Shown: positions 1-10,942, counted from the first letter of the stretch. The stretch: DNA of 64,000 bases from Planctomycetota bacterium (GCA_965248445.1 CBDFJG010000001.1:558131-622130); one strand, 5' to 3'. Notes: a model not told the origin generated them from the sequence alone. Numbers and translations are program-made.

Positions 1-1278
1 CTGCTCGCCGTCGTGTTCCTCGTCACGGTCTGCGCGGCTGTCGCCGCATCGCTTCTGGTCCCCGCGCTGGCGCGTCACGGTGAGGTCGAGACCTCCGTGG
101 ACCGCGACCGCGCTCTCGAACTCGCAGAGTCTGGCCTGGACCGCGGTATCGCGGCCATCCGGCGTCCCGGCGGCGAGATCACCGCGAACACGAGCGAGGC
201 CTTCACGATGCCGGGCTCGGGCTCCGTCGAGGTCGACTACCTGCTCGGCTCGACGAATGGGCTCGATGACGACGGAGACGGTACGGTCGACGACGCGGAC
301 GAGGACGAGTTCGTCGAGATCCGCAGCGTCGGTGTATTCGGCAGCGAGCGCCGCGGCGTGGCGGTCGTGCTGCGGCGAGCGGTCAACGCAGGTGCGCTTC
401 CGGCCGCGCTCATGTTGAACGGCACCGCGCCGATCCTCGATCTGCAGGGCGCGGACTACGTCTTCGACGGCGAGGAGCACGACCTGAACGGCGACCCTGT
501 GGGCGGCGGCACCGATCTGCCCGCAATTGTCTGTGTGTCACCCGCAAGCGACGTCGTGTCGCAAATCGCACCAACGGCATATGGGCAGTCTCTCGGTACC
601 GGAGGGGCGCCGCCGATCGTCTCGGGCCCCGCCGTGGGCCTGGACGAGTGGATCGACCAGCTCGAGATGTCGGCCGACACGACGCTGACCCCGGGGATCT
701 ACGAGAGCGGAACTTTCGGCTCGGCCACGTTCGAGGGCGTTCGCGCGACGTTCGCCGACGGCGACGTCCATCTGACCGGCACGACGCAGGGCGCCGGACT
801 CCTGGCGGTGCGAGGCGATCTGACGATCACGGGCGACTCTCAGTGGACAGGCGCCATCTTCGTGAGCGGGACGATCCGCATGACCGGCGGTGGTGCGCAG
901 AGCGTGGTGGGCGGCATCGTAGTCGGCCAGGCCATGGAAGGCGCAGCGTACTCCGCGACAGAACTCACTGCGATGACGGCGACCGAACTGGCGGCCGTTG
1001 ACGCGGCTTTCGCGGCATACGACACATCGATGTCGGACGTCTACCAGTGGGACGCGACGTCGGGAGAGTGGGTGCTCGTGCCGTACACCGGTGGCGGCTC
1101 TTCGGAAAACGAAGACGACGAAGACGACGAAGACGGCGGGACGCCCGGCTCCGGGCCGTCGATCACCGACCTCGCGGGGTCCGCGGAGGTGCTGCACGCG
1201 CCCGCCGCGATCGAACTGGTGCTCAGCCGCCTAGGCGCCGTGCGCGTCCTGGCGTGGCGCGAGATGGTCGCGCCCTAG
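1..1278 (+). CDS. Secreted or membrane-anchored protein, 5' partial (reading frame open to window start); possibly type IV pilus PilX-like
   Basis: Frame 1 is open from base 1; N-terminal hydrophobic helix LLAVVFLVTVCAAVAASLLVPALA; Gly-rich beta-strand-like repeats (GDLTITG, GAIFVSGTIRMTGGG); acidic run ENEDDEDDEDGG from tandem gaagacgac units. Function assignment is pattern-level only. Confidence 0.45.
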   Translation: MLAVVFLVTVCAAVAASLLVPALARHGEVETSVDRDRALELAESGLDRGIAAIRRPGGEITANTSEAFTMPGSGSVEVDYLLGSTNGLDDDGDGTVDDADEDEFVEIRSVGVFGSERRGVAVVLRRAVNAGALPAALMLNGTAPILDLQGADYVFDGEEHDLNGDPVGGGTDLPAIVCVSPASDVVSQIAPTAYGQSLGTGGAPPIVSGPAVGLDEWIDQLEMSADTTLTPGIYESGTFGSATFEGVRATFADGDVHLTGTTQGAGLLAVRGDLTITGDSQWTGAIFVSGTIRMTGGGAQSVVGGIVVGQAMEGAAYSATELTAMTATELAAVDAAFAAYDTSMSDVYQWDATSGEWVLVPYTGGGSSENEDDEDDEDGGTPGSGPSITDLAGSAEVLHAPAAIELVLSRLGAVRVLAWREMVAP

Positions 1279-1517
1279 CGTTCAGCCCGATCGAACAGCC
1301 CTCGCACGGGCTGGAAGCGGGTCCTGAGCCTCCGAAAGCGCCGGGCGTAGGTTTGCTCGAAGACGCCTGGGTGGTCGCCGAGAACGGCCTCGAAGCGACC
1401 GCGGACCAACTCGATGGCGCGGTCGATCTCGGCAGCGGGCACCTGCTCGGAGCAGATCATCGTGGCCACCTCGTGAGCGGCCTGGTCCAGCGCCTGGACC
1501 TCTGGGTGAACGCGCAT
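1275..1517 (-). CDS. Hypothetical small protein (80 aa)
   Basis: ATG at 1517 preceded by GGGAGG Shine-Dalgarno 5 nt upstream on the minus strand; convergent 4-bp overlap with the upstream gene stop. No recognisable domain. Confidence 0.4.
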   Translation of the reverse strand: MRVHPEVQALDQAAHEVATMICSEQVPAAEIDRAIELVRGRFEAVLGDHPGVFEQTYARRFRRLRTRFQPVRGLFDRAER

Positions 1518-1941
1518 GTCAGCCTCCCGGGCGCGGCATCCTACTGATCACGGGGGACGGGCGTCCGGCCAGCCCGCCTCACCGTAGTCGGCCCTCGTCG
1601 TCCACCTCGACGATGCGGGTCTGCCCATCGGACATGCGGACGGGGAGCGAGGCGGTCCAGCCGGTCGCGCTGCCCGCGGGTGCGATGTTGAGAGCGCCGA
1701 GCCCTGCGGGTTCGACGCCGGGGAAGGTGAAATCCGCGGGGTCGAGGGACGGTTCGTCGCGGTCGCGTTGCGCGTAGTACAGCGCCATCAAGCGTTCACG
1801 GGCCGGCCACGTCGGGTCGGCGGGAGCGTGGAGCGGGGCCTCGCCGGGCGGCAGCGCGGAGAACGTGACGTAGCCGTAACGCTCGGGGCGGCGGGGCGGT
1901 GCATGTCGATTGCGTCCTGCGGGGTCCAGACCCAGTTGTCT

Positions 1942-3442
1942 TGTAACCGTTCACCCCTTGACAGCGTGTGAGCCTCAGCGTGCGAGGGGCAGCGGGACCA
2001 TGACGGGCGGGTCGGCGCCGGTGAGGTGCGCGGCGACCGAGTCGGCGAGGAAGTCGAAGACTTGGTCGCCACGGCGTCGCAGCGTGGCCGCGGCGGTCAA
2101 CACGCGCTCGGCGAAGCGGAGTCCGCGAGCGGACTGGCTTCCGAAGGAGCCCTTGCGCCAGAGCACCGCTTTGCGGACCGCGCGCTCGGCGGCGTTGTTG
2201 GTCGGACTCACGTCCTGGGTCCGCGCATAGGTGAAGAGGGCGACCACGCGGGGGCGCAGATGGTTGGCCAGAGCCGAGTCGTCGTTCGCGATCAGTCGCT
2301 CGAGCCGTCCGCGCAGCACAGCGGCTTCGCCTTGCAGCCGGTCACGGTCGCCGTGCTCACCGAAGAGCCGGTAGCTGCGCATGACCGACTGCGCGATCAT
2401 GACGCCCTTGTTGCCGAAGCGGCGATGTTCTCGCGGGCCTTCGGCCAGCGCACGGAAGGCGCGCTCGATGTGCGCCCAGCAGAGCTGGCGGCGGGCAAGT
2501 GGGTGTGACTCGTAGGCACCCATCCGGTCGCTGATCACCGTGCCACCGAAGCGCCGCCCGATCAGCCGCCCTTTCGCCTTGGCACTGCGGCGGCGATCGA
2601 TCCCGAAGGCTGTGGCGTGCTCGCTCTCCGCCGCCCACAGCCAGCACACCCGGCCCCGTTCCTTCCACGACGTCTCGTCCACGTTGGCTCGCAGCGACGT
2701 GCGGACTGCCCCGAGGGCTTCGAGGTACGACGAGTGCAGAGCGTCACTGAGCCGACGCTCACAGTCGCTGATCTTGCCCAGCGACATCTTCACACCGAAG
2801 ATCTCACCGAGCAGCCGCTGCGTCTCCCGCACGCTCACGCGGTACACGCCGCGCAGCGCGCCGGCAAGTGTGGTCAGCCGCGGACCGAAGGCCCCGGTCG
2901 GCACGCCATCGGGCAGGACCGCCGTCGTGACCGCACGACAGCGCCGGCACCGCGCCTTGTGCAGCCGGTGCTCCCGCACCGTGACGAGCACGCGCGGGAG
3001 CACCGTCACCTGGTGCCGGTACGGATCGCCGATGCCCTGCTCGAGATCGTCGTGTCCGCACGCGTCGCAGAGGTCGGGACGGTGCTCCTTGGTCTCATCG
3101 ACGTTGGACGGATCCACCAGCTCGCGCGCCGTGCCCTCATGGCCCGGCTGTCCGCCCTGCTTGCGACCGCTACGCGGCCTTCGGCCGCGACGGCGCTTGG
3201 ACCACGCCGGGTCCGACGACGGAGGCCTCGAGCTGTTGCGGGAGTCACGCTTCAGACGCGACTCGAGCTCGTCGATGCGGCGCAGATGCTTCGCTTCGCG
3301 ACGCTCCAACTCCTCGATCCAGGCCAGAAGGCCCTCGACCATCGCCCGCAGATCCTCGTCCTGCCGCTCGCCCACAACATCTTGATCGACCGATGGCCGA
3401 ACGATCTGGATCCTGGCTCGCGACGAAGGGGTGAACGGTTAC
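1942..3442 (-). mobile_element. IS66-family single-ORF insertion sequence (type A) with 17-bp terminal inverted repeats
   Basis: GTAACCGTTCACCCCTT at 1942-1958 and its reverse complement AAGGGGTGAACGGTTAC at 3426-3442 flank the transposase ORF; no clean target-site duplication seen. Confidence 0.8.
1975..3375 (-). CDS. IS66 family transposase (TnpC-like)
   Basis: 466 aa; N-terminal coiled-coil/leucine zipper (LERREAKHLRRIDELESRLKRDSRNSSRPPSSD), CxxC...CxxC zinc-finger region, DDE-region motifs (VDETSW, LCWAHIER, NNAAERAVR) typical of IS66 transposases. Confidence 0.9.
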   Translation of the reverse strand: MGERQDEDLRAMVEGLLAWIEELERREAKHLRRIDELESRLKRDSRNSSRPPSSDPAWSKRRRGRRPRSGRKQGGQPGHEGTARELVDPSNVDETKEHRPDLCDACGHDDLEQGIGDPYRHQVTVLPRVLVTVREHRLHKARCRRCRAVTTAVLPDGVPTGAFGPRLTTLAGALRGVYRVSVRETQRLLGEIFGVKMSLGKISDCERRLSDALHSSYLEALGAVRTSLRANVDETSWKERGRVCWLWAAESEHATAFGIDRRRSAKAKGRLIGRRFGGTVISDRMGAYESHPLARRQLCWAHIERAFRALAEGPREHRRFGNKGVMIAQSVMRSYRLFGEHGDRDRLQGEAAVLRGRLERLIANDDSALANHLRPRVVALFTYARTQDVSPTNNAAERAVRKAVLWRKGSFGSQSARGLRFAERVLTAAATLRRRGDQVFDFLADSVAAHLTGADPPVMVPLPLAR

Positions 3443-3537
3443 CGTTCAGCGGCACCGTCTGGGACGTCAACAACCTCGGGTCGTTCAGCGTCTTCGAGGG
3501 CAACGACAACGGCTACCAGACGCTCTACCAGTAGTCC

Positions 3538-4377
3538 TCAGCCGGCCTGGATGGCGGTGATGCAGGCGACATCCACGATGTCGCCTGCAGTCGCGCCGCG
3601 CGACAGGTCGTTCATGGGACGAGCGAGTCCCTGCAGCACGGGCCCGAGCGCTGCGCCGCCCGCCAGCCGCTGCGTCAGCTTGTAGGCGATGTTCCCGGCA
3701 CCGAGGTCCGGGAACACCAGCACGTTGGCGTTGCCGCCGACCGCGCTTCCGGGCGCCTTGCGGGCCGCTACCGACGGAACCAGCGCAGCGTCTCCCTGCA
3801 ACTCCCCGTCCACCGTGAGCTCCGGCTCGCGACCGCGAATCAGATCGACGGCGCGGCGCACCTTCGCGACGTCGTCATGCTCGGCGCTGCCCTTCGTCGA
3901 GAAGGAGAGCAGTGCCACGCGCGGTTCCTCCTCGAGGAACAGGCGGGCGCTGGTGGCGCCGGCGATCGCGATGTCCGCCAGTTGCCCGGCCGTGGGGTCG
4001 GGCACCACGCCGCAGTCCGTGAACACGAAGGTGCGGCCGTCCGGCAGCGCCATCAGGAAGAAGCTCGAGACCGTGGTGATCCCGGTGGCCATGCCGATGC
4101 CGACGATCGCCGCGCGGACGGTCTCGGCGGTAGTGTGCACGGCGCCTGCGACGCAGCCGTCCGCGTCTCCGGCCCTCACCATCAGCGCGGCGCGAAGCAG
4201 TGGATCGTCGAGCGCGGCGCGCGCGTCCGCGACGGTCATCCCCTTGTGCGCGCGGGCCTCGGCGAGCATCTCCGCGTAGGCGTCGAGGCGATCGGCCGAC
4301 ACGGCCGGCGTCAGCGGCTCGGCCAGGCGCTCGTCTGCGAGCCGCGTCGCCGCTTCGCGCACACGGTCGTCCTCCAT
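3538..4377 (-). CDS. Phosphate acetyl/butyryl-transferase family protein (PTA/PTB-like)
   Basis: 279 aa from ATG at 4377; [24 protein letters not shown] and C-terminal [19 protein letters not shown] resemble PTA/PTB family. The N-terminus may lie further upstream (candidate GTG at 4389). Confidence 0.6.
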   Translation of the reverse strand: MEDDRVREAATRLADERLAEPLTPAVSADRLDAYAEMLAEARAHKGMTVADARAALDDPLLRAALMVRAGDADGCVAGAVHTTAETVRAAIVGIGMATGITTVSSFFLMALPDGRTFVFTDCGVVPDPTAGQLADIAIAGATSARLFLEEEPRVALLSFSTKGSAEHDDVAKVRRAVDLIRGREPELTVDGELQGDAALVPSVAARKAPGSAVGGNANVLVFPDLGAGNIAYKLTQRLAGGAALGPVLQGLARPMNDLSRGATAGDIVDVACITAIQAG

Positions 4378-4442
4378 CTCGGGCAGCACGATCCGGCGCC
4401 GGCGCGCGCGGGCACGTTCGTGCAGGCGGTCGAGGACGTCGC

Positions 4443-6254
4443 TCACTCGGCGTCTTCCCCGAACGTCTCGACCAGACCGATGTCCACCGTGACCTCGGAG
4501 GCGAGCAGGTACTGCGCGTAAGTCTTGCCCTGCGCGTCGAGCAGCAGCGACAGCGTCCCTCCGCCACCCAGGCTCTCGTGCAGCAGGAAGTTCAGCGCGA
4601 GGAGGTTCGGGACCTCGAATCGCTCGACCTCGCCGTGACAGATGCCCTCGAAACGCTCCTTCACGAACTCTGCAGTCAGGTGACTTCGCATCCACGCGTA
4701 CACCGCCGGAGTGCGCGCGATGACACCGATGTTGCAGGCGTCTCCCTTGTCCCCGGAGCGGGCGAGACAGAGTTCTTCGAGGTGCACCACCGTGCGGCGG
4801 CCGCTGGTCGGGATGCGCGTGCCCGGCATCTGAGGGGTGAAGTCCTCTTGCCCGCCGGCACCCGGCACGGCGGACGACAGTTCCACCTCTCTGTCGCCGA
4901 CCACTACCCGCACGTTGATCACGTCGCGGCCGATGAGCGCCGGCCAGTAGCCGACGACACCCGAAGCGCGCGGCCGACCCTGGTCCGCGAGGTACGTGAT
5001 CCCCGGCACGGTGCCGAGCACACGCGGCACGAGTTGCACGGCAAACTCGTGTTCGAGCTTGTTGCGATCTGCGTCGCGCGCGGCGACCTGGAGCAACACC
5101 TCGGAGGGCGGCAGCGCATCGTCGTCGAGAGGCGGGTGCGTGGAGCTCCACCCGACCAGCGCGGTCTCGGTGTCCTGGTACTGATCGCGGCCGCCGGCCG
5201 AGTCCCAGAACGACTCCGCGACGACCTCCGCCTTGCGCAGGGCGTCGGGGCCGGAGATGAGGAGCCGCCCGAACGCGCGGTAGCCGTGGGAGAAGCTGAT
5301 CGAGACCTTGAACTTCTCCGGTGCCGGGCCACCGCGGGCGCCGGTGACGCGCACGCGGTTCTCCCCCACCTGCTCCAGCTGGATGGAGTCGAAGCGTGCG
5401 ATGCAGTCCGGCGCGATGTATCGCGGGGAGCCCATCTCGTACACGAGTTGTTCGCTCACCGTGTGTACGCTGACCAGTCCGCCTGTGTCCGGATGCTTCG
5501 TCACGACGAACGTCCCGTCGGCGTTCGCCTCGATGAGCGGATAGCCCATGTTCAGGAACGACGGCACGATCTGCCAGTCGGTGAAGTTGCCGCCGGTGCA
5601 CTGCGTACCGCACTCGATGATGTGTCCTGCGATCACCCCCGCGCCGAGGCGGTCCCAGTCGTCCTCCGCCCAGCCGAATTCGTGGATCATCGGGGCGAGC
5701 GTCACAGCGGTGTCGGTGATGCGACCCGCGAGCACAACGTTGGCTCCCATCGAGAGCGCCTGCGACACGGGACGGGCGCCGAGGTACACGTTCGCAGACA
5801 TGACGCTGTTCCGCTCGTCGGAGAGCGGGCGGCCGGTGTCCATGTGGTCGAGCGTCTCGCCGCGGGAGGCGAGCGCGTCGATGTCTTCGAACACGTCGTC
5901 GCCCAACACGACGCCGACGCGCAAATCGTCGGCGATACCGAGTTCCTCGGCCAGTGCAACGAGCGCATCGCGGCAGGCGAGTGGATTCACCCCGCCCGCG
6001 TTGCTGATGATCGTGACGCCCTTCTCGATGCAGAGCGGCAGGACGTCGCGCATCTGGCGCAGGAAGTCCGCGGCATAGCCCTTGGAAGGGTCCCGCTGGC
6101 GCTGCTTCTGCAGGATCGCCATCGTGACCTCGGCCAGGTAGTCCATGACCAGGTAGTCGATGGGCCCGCCCTCGACCTGCCTTTTCGCGGCGGTGGGATC
6201 GTCTCCCCAGAACCCGCCGCAGTTGGCGATGACGATGCGATCTCTACGCGGCAC
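4443..6254 (-). CDS. AtuA-like acyclic terpene utilisation family protein (DUF1446-like)
   Basis: 603 aa; GTG start at 6254 with GGAGG SD 5 nt upstream; N-terminal [14 protein letters not shown] pattern. Assignment from motif recollection, not a search. Confidence 0.6.
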   Translation of the reverse strand: MPRRDRIVIANCGGFWGDDPTAAKRQVEGGPIDYLVMDYLAEVTMAILQKQRQRDPSKGYAADFLRQMRDVLPLCIEKGVTIISNAGGVNPLACRDALVALAEELGIADDLRVGVVLGDDVFEDIDALASRGETLDHMDTGRPLSDERNSVMSANVYLGARPVSQALSMGANVVLAGRITDTAVTLAPMIHEFGWAEDDWDRLGAGVIAGHIIECGTQCTGGNFTDWQIVPSFLNMGYPLIEANADGTFVVTKHPDTGGLVSVHTVSEQLVYEMGSPRYIAPDCIARFDSIQLEQVGENRVRVTGARGGPAPEKFKVSISFSHGYRAFGRLLISGPDALRKAEVVAESFWDSAGGRDQYQDTETALVGWSSTHPPLDDDALPPSEVLLQVAARDADRNKLEHEFAVQLVPRVLGTVPGITYLADQGRPRASGVVGYWPALIGRDVINVRVVVGDREVELSSAVPGAGGQEDFTPQMPGTRIPTSGRRTVVHLEELCLARSGDKGDACNIGVIARTPAVYAWMRSHLTAEFVKERFEGICHGEVERFEVPNLLALNFLLHESLGGGGTLSLLLDAQGKTYAQYLLASEVTVDIGLVETFGEDAE

Positions 6255-6329
6255 GACGCCTCCTTCCGAAGCGCCACATTGTAGGCGTGCTGCGCCGAGA
6301 CTCGGTGGGCTTCGATGCGCGTGCTCGGA

Positions 6330-8855
6330 CTACTGCTCGATGTCGAAGTCCCGATTCCCGAGAAGCTCTCGAGTCTGGCCCTGGATCGTCACGTCCGCCG
6401 CGCTGTCCGTCGCCGGCAGGTTCTGCAGATCGGGCACGCCGTAGAACAGGTAGACCACGCCGCTCGGGTCGCCCGGCGGCCCGAACGTGAACGGGGACGC
6501 GACGTACACGTCCATGCGGCCATCGCCGTTGACGTCGCCCTTGCCCGCATACGTTCCGAAGCCGGCTGCCCTCTCGCTGCCGCCGATCCGCCGGGACGCC
6601 CCGGTCTGCTGGATCGTACCGATGAGATCGGTGGTGCGGAAGACGAAGGCCGCGCCGCCGAGGGAGACGCTCAGGGACGTGTTGGAGTCCGGAATGACCA
6701 ACTCGTCCCGGCCATTGCCGTCCAGGTCCGCGGCCAGCATGACTTCGACCCCCCATGACTGCAGGGACGGGTTGATCTTGACGTCGGCGTCGCTGGTGGA
6801 CTTCGAGCCGAACGATGCCCCGCCCTGGAACAGCCACACGGCTCCGCTGAACCCGCCCGTGAGGGGGTCGAACAGGATCAGGTCGCCTGTGGAGTCTCCG
6901 ATCACGTCGGCGATCAGCGACACGAAGCCGAGCGACTCCGTGGATTCCGCAGCCGTGATCACCGCGCCCGCCGAAGCGAGTGTCGGCTGATCCAGGAGAG
7001 ACAGTGCGCTGCCGCCGGCGAACACGTAGACGTCGTTGCCGCCGTCGCCCCCTTGCTGCAACGACACAATGTCGTCCTTCGTATCCCCGAAGAGGTTGCC
7101 ACACGCACGCACCCAGAGGACCGTGGAGCCCTCGCCCGTGACCTTCTGGCTCGCGTTGCTCGAGAGCCCGTTCACGATCACCGCCGCATCGAACACGTAG
7201 ATGAAGGGCTTGAAATCCGGAGAGGATCCGAACGACGTGACGACCAGATCCAGACGTCCGTCGCCGATCACGTCGCCCACGCAGATCGAGTTCCCGAACC
7301 CCTCCTGGCTGACGCCGCCGATCGTGACGTCGGCGTCGGCGAACGGATTGATCGAGCCCGCGAACCCCGCGCCGCCGAAGAAGATGTGCACCGCGCCGTC
7401 GATGTTGTTCGCGAACTGGTCCGCGACGATCAGGTCGTCCTGCCCGTCGCCGGAGAGGTCGGCTACTACGAAGCTCTGCCCGAACAGGTCGAACTGGTCC
7501 CCGGATGCAAAGAACGCGTCCACCGACGTGGCGGTTGAGAGCGCGGACGGCAGTGTGTCGCTGCCGAAGATCACTTGCACGTTGTTCGGGTTGAGCGCTG
7601 CTCCGCCCGCGCTTCCGGTCGCGATGACGATATCCGCGAACTGGTCGCCGTTCAGGTCGCCCGGCACTGTCATCGGCGGGACCACGCGATCCACGGAGCC
7701 GACGGCCTGGTACTCGCTGAAGTGCGAGACGATGGCCGTGATGAGGCCCGCACCGAAATCGACCGTGAAGTCGGTGACGTCCAGCAGTGCGATGTTCCCG
7801 TCCTCGTCCTTCACCGCGACCTGCACGTCGCCGGCCTCGTTGAACAGCGCCGGGTTGAACGGCAGGATGATCGTCGCGGCCACTCCGAACTGAAGGCCGT
7901 CCGGACCGAAGAACACCGCGGGACCGCCGGGGTCGGTCCCGTCGACCGGCACGCCGAGACCGCTTCCGATGATGATTGCCGACGGCTTGCCGAGCGCACC
8001 CGGTGGGACGAACACGGCTGCGCCTAAGAGGTCACCGAGCTCCCCCTCGGTGATGGCGAGGTTGCCCCCGGCCGGACCGATCACCTTGCCCCGTGCGTCG
8101 TCGCTGGCGAGTTTCGCGTCCGTGATCTCGACGATCTGCTTCTTGTCGGTCTTCGGCGCCTTGATGCCGATCGAGACGTCGACGTCGCCCCCCGGACCGG
8201 TGCTCGAGACGAACAACAGGTGATTGCCGAAGTCGCCGAGCACGACGTCCTTCTGCTTGTGCTTGCTCGCCCCTGCCTCGGGGGCCGGGAACGTGAACTC
8301 CGGGTCGTCGCCGCCGATGTCGACGGTCTCCATCACCGGCTCCGCATCCGATCGCTTGCTGGCCTTCGCCTGGAACTTGCACTTCGCGCCGGGATCGATC
8401 GCGAAGCCGACAATCTGCTGGCCGCCGGAAGTGTCCACCGTCTCCTTGAACTTCTTGGAGCTCTTCCACTTGACCTTCGCTTCGTAGTTCCCGACGGCGC
8501 TTGCCTGGATCACGACGCGGTACTTGCCGCTGACGGGAATCGGGAGCTTCTTGAGCTTCGCCCCGACACCTTTGACCGAGACCAGTCCGGCGGAGATCTC
8601 GGTGTCGCCCTGGTCGAGCACCTTGAAGGTCACGTTCGGCGCGGGAGTCCCGCCCTTGACCTTCTTGCCCTTTACAGAAACGGACAGCGTCGCACCGGCA
8701 GGAATGCACGCTGTGAGCGTCTCGAGCTCGTCCACCGGGTCGATCGTGCCGCGGACCTTCTGTCCGTTGGCGACCTCGATGTCGATGTCCGCGCGGCCGG
8801 TTGCCACGAGCGTGATCAGCACGAGGAGCGAAGCAAACGCGAATCGGCGGGACAT
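6330..8855 (-). CDS. Large secreted FG-GAP/VCBS-repeat protein (integrin-alpha-like beta-propeller repeats)
   Basis: 841 aa; ATG at 8855 with GGAGG SD; signal peptide MSRRFAFASLLVLITLVATGRA; repeated hydrophobic-FG...GD-hydrophobic-NGDGxxDL units (ADLSGDGQDDL, GDVIGDGRLDL, ADLDGNGRDEL, GDVNGDGRMDV). Confidence 0.8.
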   Translation of the reverse strand: MSRRFAFASLLVLITLVATGRADIDIEVANGQKVRGTIDPVDELETLTACIPAGATLSVSVKGKKVKGGTPAPNVTFKVLDQGDTEISAGLVSVKGVGAKLKKLPIPVSGKYRVVIQASAVGNYEAKVKWKSSKKFKETVDTSGGQQIVGFAIDPGAKCKFQAKASKRSDAEPVMETVDIGGDDPEFTFPAPEAGASKHKQKDVVLGDFGNHLLFVSSTGPGGDVDVSIGIKAPKTDKKQIVEITDAKLASDDARGKVIGPAGGNLAITEGELGDLLGAAVFVPPGALGKPSAIIIGSGLGVPVDGTDPGGPAVFFGPDGLQFGVAATIILPFNPALFNEAGDVQVAVKDEDGNIALLDVTDFTVDFGAGLITAIVSHFSEYQAVGSVDRVVPPMTVPGDLNGDQFADIVIATGSAGGAALNPNNVQVIFGSDTLPSALSTATSVDAFFASGDQFDLFGQSFVVADLSGDGQDDLIVADQFANNIDGAVHIFFGGAGFAGSINPFADADVTIGGVSQEGFGNSICVGDVIGDGRLDLVVTSFGSSPDFKPFIYVFDAAVIVNGLSSNASQKVTGEGSTVLWVRACGNLFGDTKDDIVSLQQGGDGGNDVYVFAGGSALSLLDQPTLASAGAVITAAESTESLGFVSLIADVIGDSTGDLILFDPLTGGFSGAVWLFQGGASFGSKSTSDADVKINPSLQSWGVEVMLAADLDGNGRDELVIPDSNTSLSVSLGGAAFVFRTTDLIGTIQQTGASRRIGGSERAAGFGTYAGKGDVNGDGRMDVYVASPFTFGPPGDPSGVVYLFYGVPDLQNLPATDSAADVTIQGQTRELLGNRDFDIEQ

Positions 8856-8886
8856 GACTCACCTCCCCCCGACCAGTATGCCACCC

Positions 8887-9246
8887 CTATGCCATGACCG
8901 CCCTGTCCCGTGAGCCCGGCCTGGCTGCGCTACTGGCCGGAGCCGAACTCCTGGTTCCCGATCGCCTCATCCCCAGCGCCGTCGATGATGAGGTGTCACC
9001 CGCATCGAGCACCTTGAACGTGACGTTCGGCGCCGGAGTCCCGCCCTTCACCTTCTTGTCCTTGGCGATGACGGTAAGCGTGGAGTCGCCTGGGATGCAG
9101 AGGGTGAGCGTCTCCTTCTCGGAGACGGGGTCGATCGTCCCGCGGACCTTCTGTCCGTTGGCGATCTCGATGTCGACGTCGGCGCGGCTCTGCACGCAGA
9201 GCGCCGCGAGGACGACGCACGCGGCGATCACGATCCGATTCCGCAT
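8887..9246 (-). pseudogene. Truncated paralogous copy of the FG-GAP protein N-terminal domain
   Basis: DNA 8993-9246 is ~80% identical to 8602-8855; encodes MRNRIVIAACVVLAALCVQSRADVDIEIANGQKVRGTIDPV... then diverges. Confidence 0.4.
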
Positions 9247-9415
9247 TCCCCACCTCCACTGGACGGCGCCCGGCCGCCACAACCTAGAGCTCCACGGCTG
9301 CGAACGGCCGCAGCCGGTCAACGTCCGATCTCCCAGGCGCAGCTCCAGAGCGCGCCCGGAATCACGAACGCGGGCTCCGTGAGGAACCCGCGTCGTGATG
9401 TCTCCTGAGCGTGGC

Positions 9416-10397
9416 TCAGGGGATGAAGACGTTACCCGTGCCGGAGTCACTCACGTTCGTACCCGAGATCCCCACGAACACGTTGCCCGGTCCGATCTGG
9501 TTGTTGTCACTCCCCGGCAGCAGACGCACGCCCGTGGTGAGGCTCTTGAGCTTGTTGGCGCGGATCGTGTTGCCGTCGGAGGTGTGCATCTCGATGCCCG
9601 TTCCGGCGCCGATCACCTTGTTGCGGCGCACGACGGAGTCGACCAAGTTGCCGGTGTAGATGCCGATGGCGCCGGGGTTCGCGAGCAGGATCTTGTTCCG
9701 GTCGACGAGGACGTCGTCTTCGTAGACGACGATCCCGTACTCGGCCGCGCCGGTGATCTTGTTACCGCGCACGACGGCGTTCCCGGCCGTGGCCCGGATG
9801 CCACGCGGCATCCCCTCGATACGGCAGCCCTCGACCAGCTGGTCGACGGTGGGCGACGTCGGTTCGAGGTAGATCCCGTAGACGAACCCAGCACCGACCG
9901 GCGCGAACACCTTGCACTTCAGGGCCTGGAGGCGCTCAGCGACGCGCAGCTCGAACACATGTCCCGTCGGGGCGCCGGTGAAGGTCGCGCTCACGCGCTC
10001 CATGGAGAGTCGGTCACACGCGCACGCCGCCAGGTGCGCTCATCGAGAGCTTCTGCAGCGTGACACCCGATGAGTTGAGCACGCGCATCGCGTACCCACC
10101 GCCGGCCTGGATGACCGTGGTGCCCTTACCGCGGATGAGCAGGTTGTCGACGTTGTTGACGACCACGTTCTCGGCGTACGTGCCGCCGACGATGAGGATG
10201 ACGTCTCCGTCATTCGCCGCATTCACGGCGCCCTGGATCGTCAGGTGGTCTTGCGGGACCCTCAGCACGTCGGCCATCGCCGTCGTCGTCAGAAGACCCA
10301 GTACCAAGCTCGAAAGCATGAACTTGCGCATCTCTTCCTCCTTCGAGGCCGGGTGGGCAACCAGCCCGCCGTTTCTTGGCCTCGACCCCCTGAACAC
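9416..10397 (-). pseudogene. Secreted right-handed parallel beta-helix repeat protein, split between two reading frames
   Basis: N-terminal ORF 10014..10397 (signal peptide MRKFMLSSLVLGLLTTTAMA, beta-helix start) and C-terminal ORF 9416..10003 (beta-helix repeats VVRGNKITG, VRRNKVIG, IRANKL) are adjacent but in different frames. Could be a genuine frameshift or a sequencing error. Confidence 0.5.
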
Positions 10398-10609
10398 GGG
10401 GGTGCGGAAGGCGCCGCAAGGTCGAGGCTTGTTCGAAGGAGGGACCCGAGCCTGGCCAGGCTCAGGGGGAACTCAGCGTCAGGGCGCGGGGGGTGCAGCG
10501 CATCCCCCGTGACCGCAGCCCTCCGTAGCGGTCGGAGACCGCGTAGGAGGGAGACACCCGTAGATGCCGCGGGCACGGGGATCGCCCCGCGATCCCCGTG
10601 CGGGCGCAT

Positions 10610-10942
10610 CTACGGCGTCTGGAGACGGATCTCGAGGTCCTGAGCGTCGTCCACGTACGCCTCGACCAGGAGGGTCCCGAGTCGGGAGGCGGCGGGGCCC
10701 GCAGTGGGCTCTCCGTCCAGCCTCCAGAGAGACTGGCAGCCCGGGCAGATCAGCCGGTCCAGGCTCTCATCCCACTCGAGGTCGCTACCGTCCACCGGAC
10801 ACTCCGCCGTGCAGGCAGCCAGGTGCGTCGTGTGGACCCGGACGAGCACCACGTTCTCCGTGAGTTCCTCTCCCCGCACGATACGGCTGGTGCCGACCCC
10901 GAGCCTGCGGCCGTGCAGGTCCACCTGCCACGTCCCGGGCAT
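10610..10942 (-). CDS. Hypothetical small Cys4 protein (zinc-ribbon or rubredoxin-like motif)
   Basis: 110 aa from ATG at 10942; CTAECP...(16 aa)...CPGC motif; lies directly downstream of the thiolase gene. Confidence 0.3.
   Translation of the reverse strand: MPGTWQVDLHGRRLGVGTSRIVRGEELTENVVLVRVHTTHLAACTAECPVDGSDLEWDESLDRLICPGCQSLWRLDGEPTAGPAASRLGTLLVEAYVDDAQDLEIRLQTP

Noticed and set aside
1579-1791. 70-aa minus-strand ORF
   Set aside because: No ribosome-binding site, no motif, and lies in IS-flanking DNA; cannot be distinguished from chance.
1942-3442. Idea that the single-ORF IS66 elements are degenerate because tnpA/tnpB are absent
   Set aside because: Single-ORF IS66-family members are a recognised subgroup, and here two identical type-B copies exist, one with an intact target-site duplication, which argues for activity.
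3538-5613. 691-aa ORF on the minus strand
   Set aside because: Spans two real genes in the wrong frame for most of its length; only its last 279 codons (3538..4377) are coding. Stop-poor GC-rich DNA generates long spurious ORFs.
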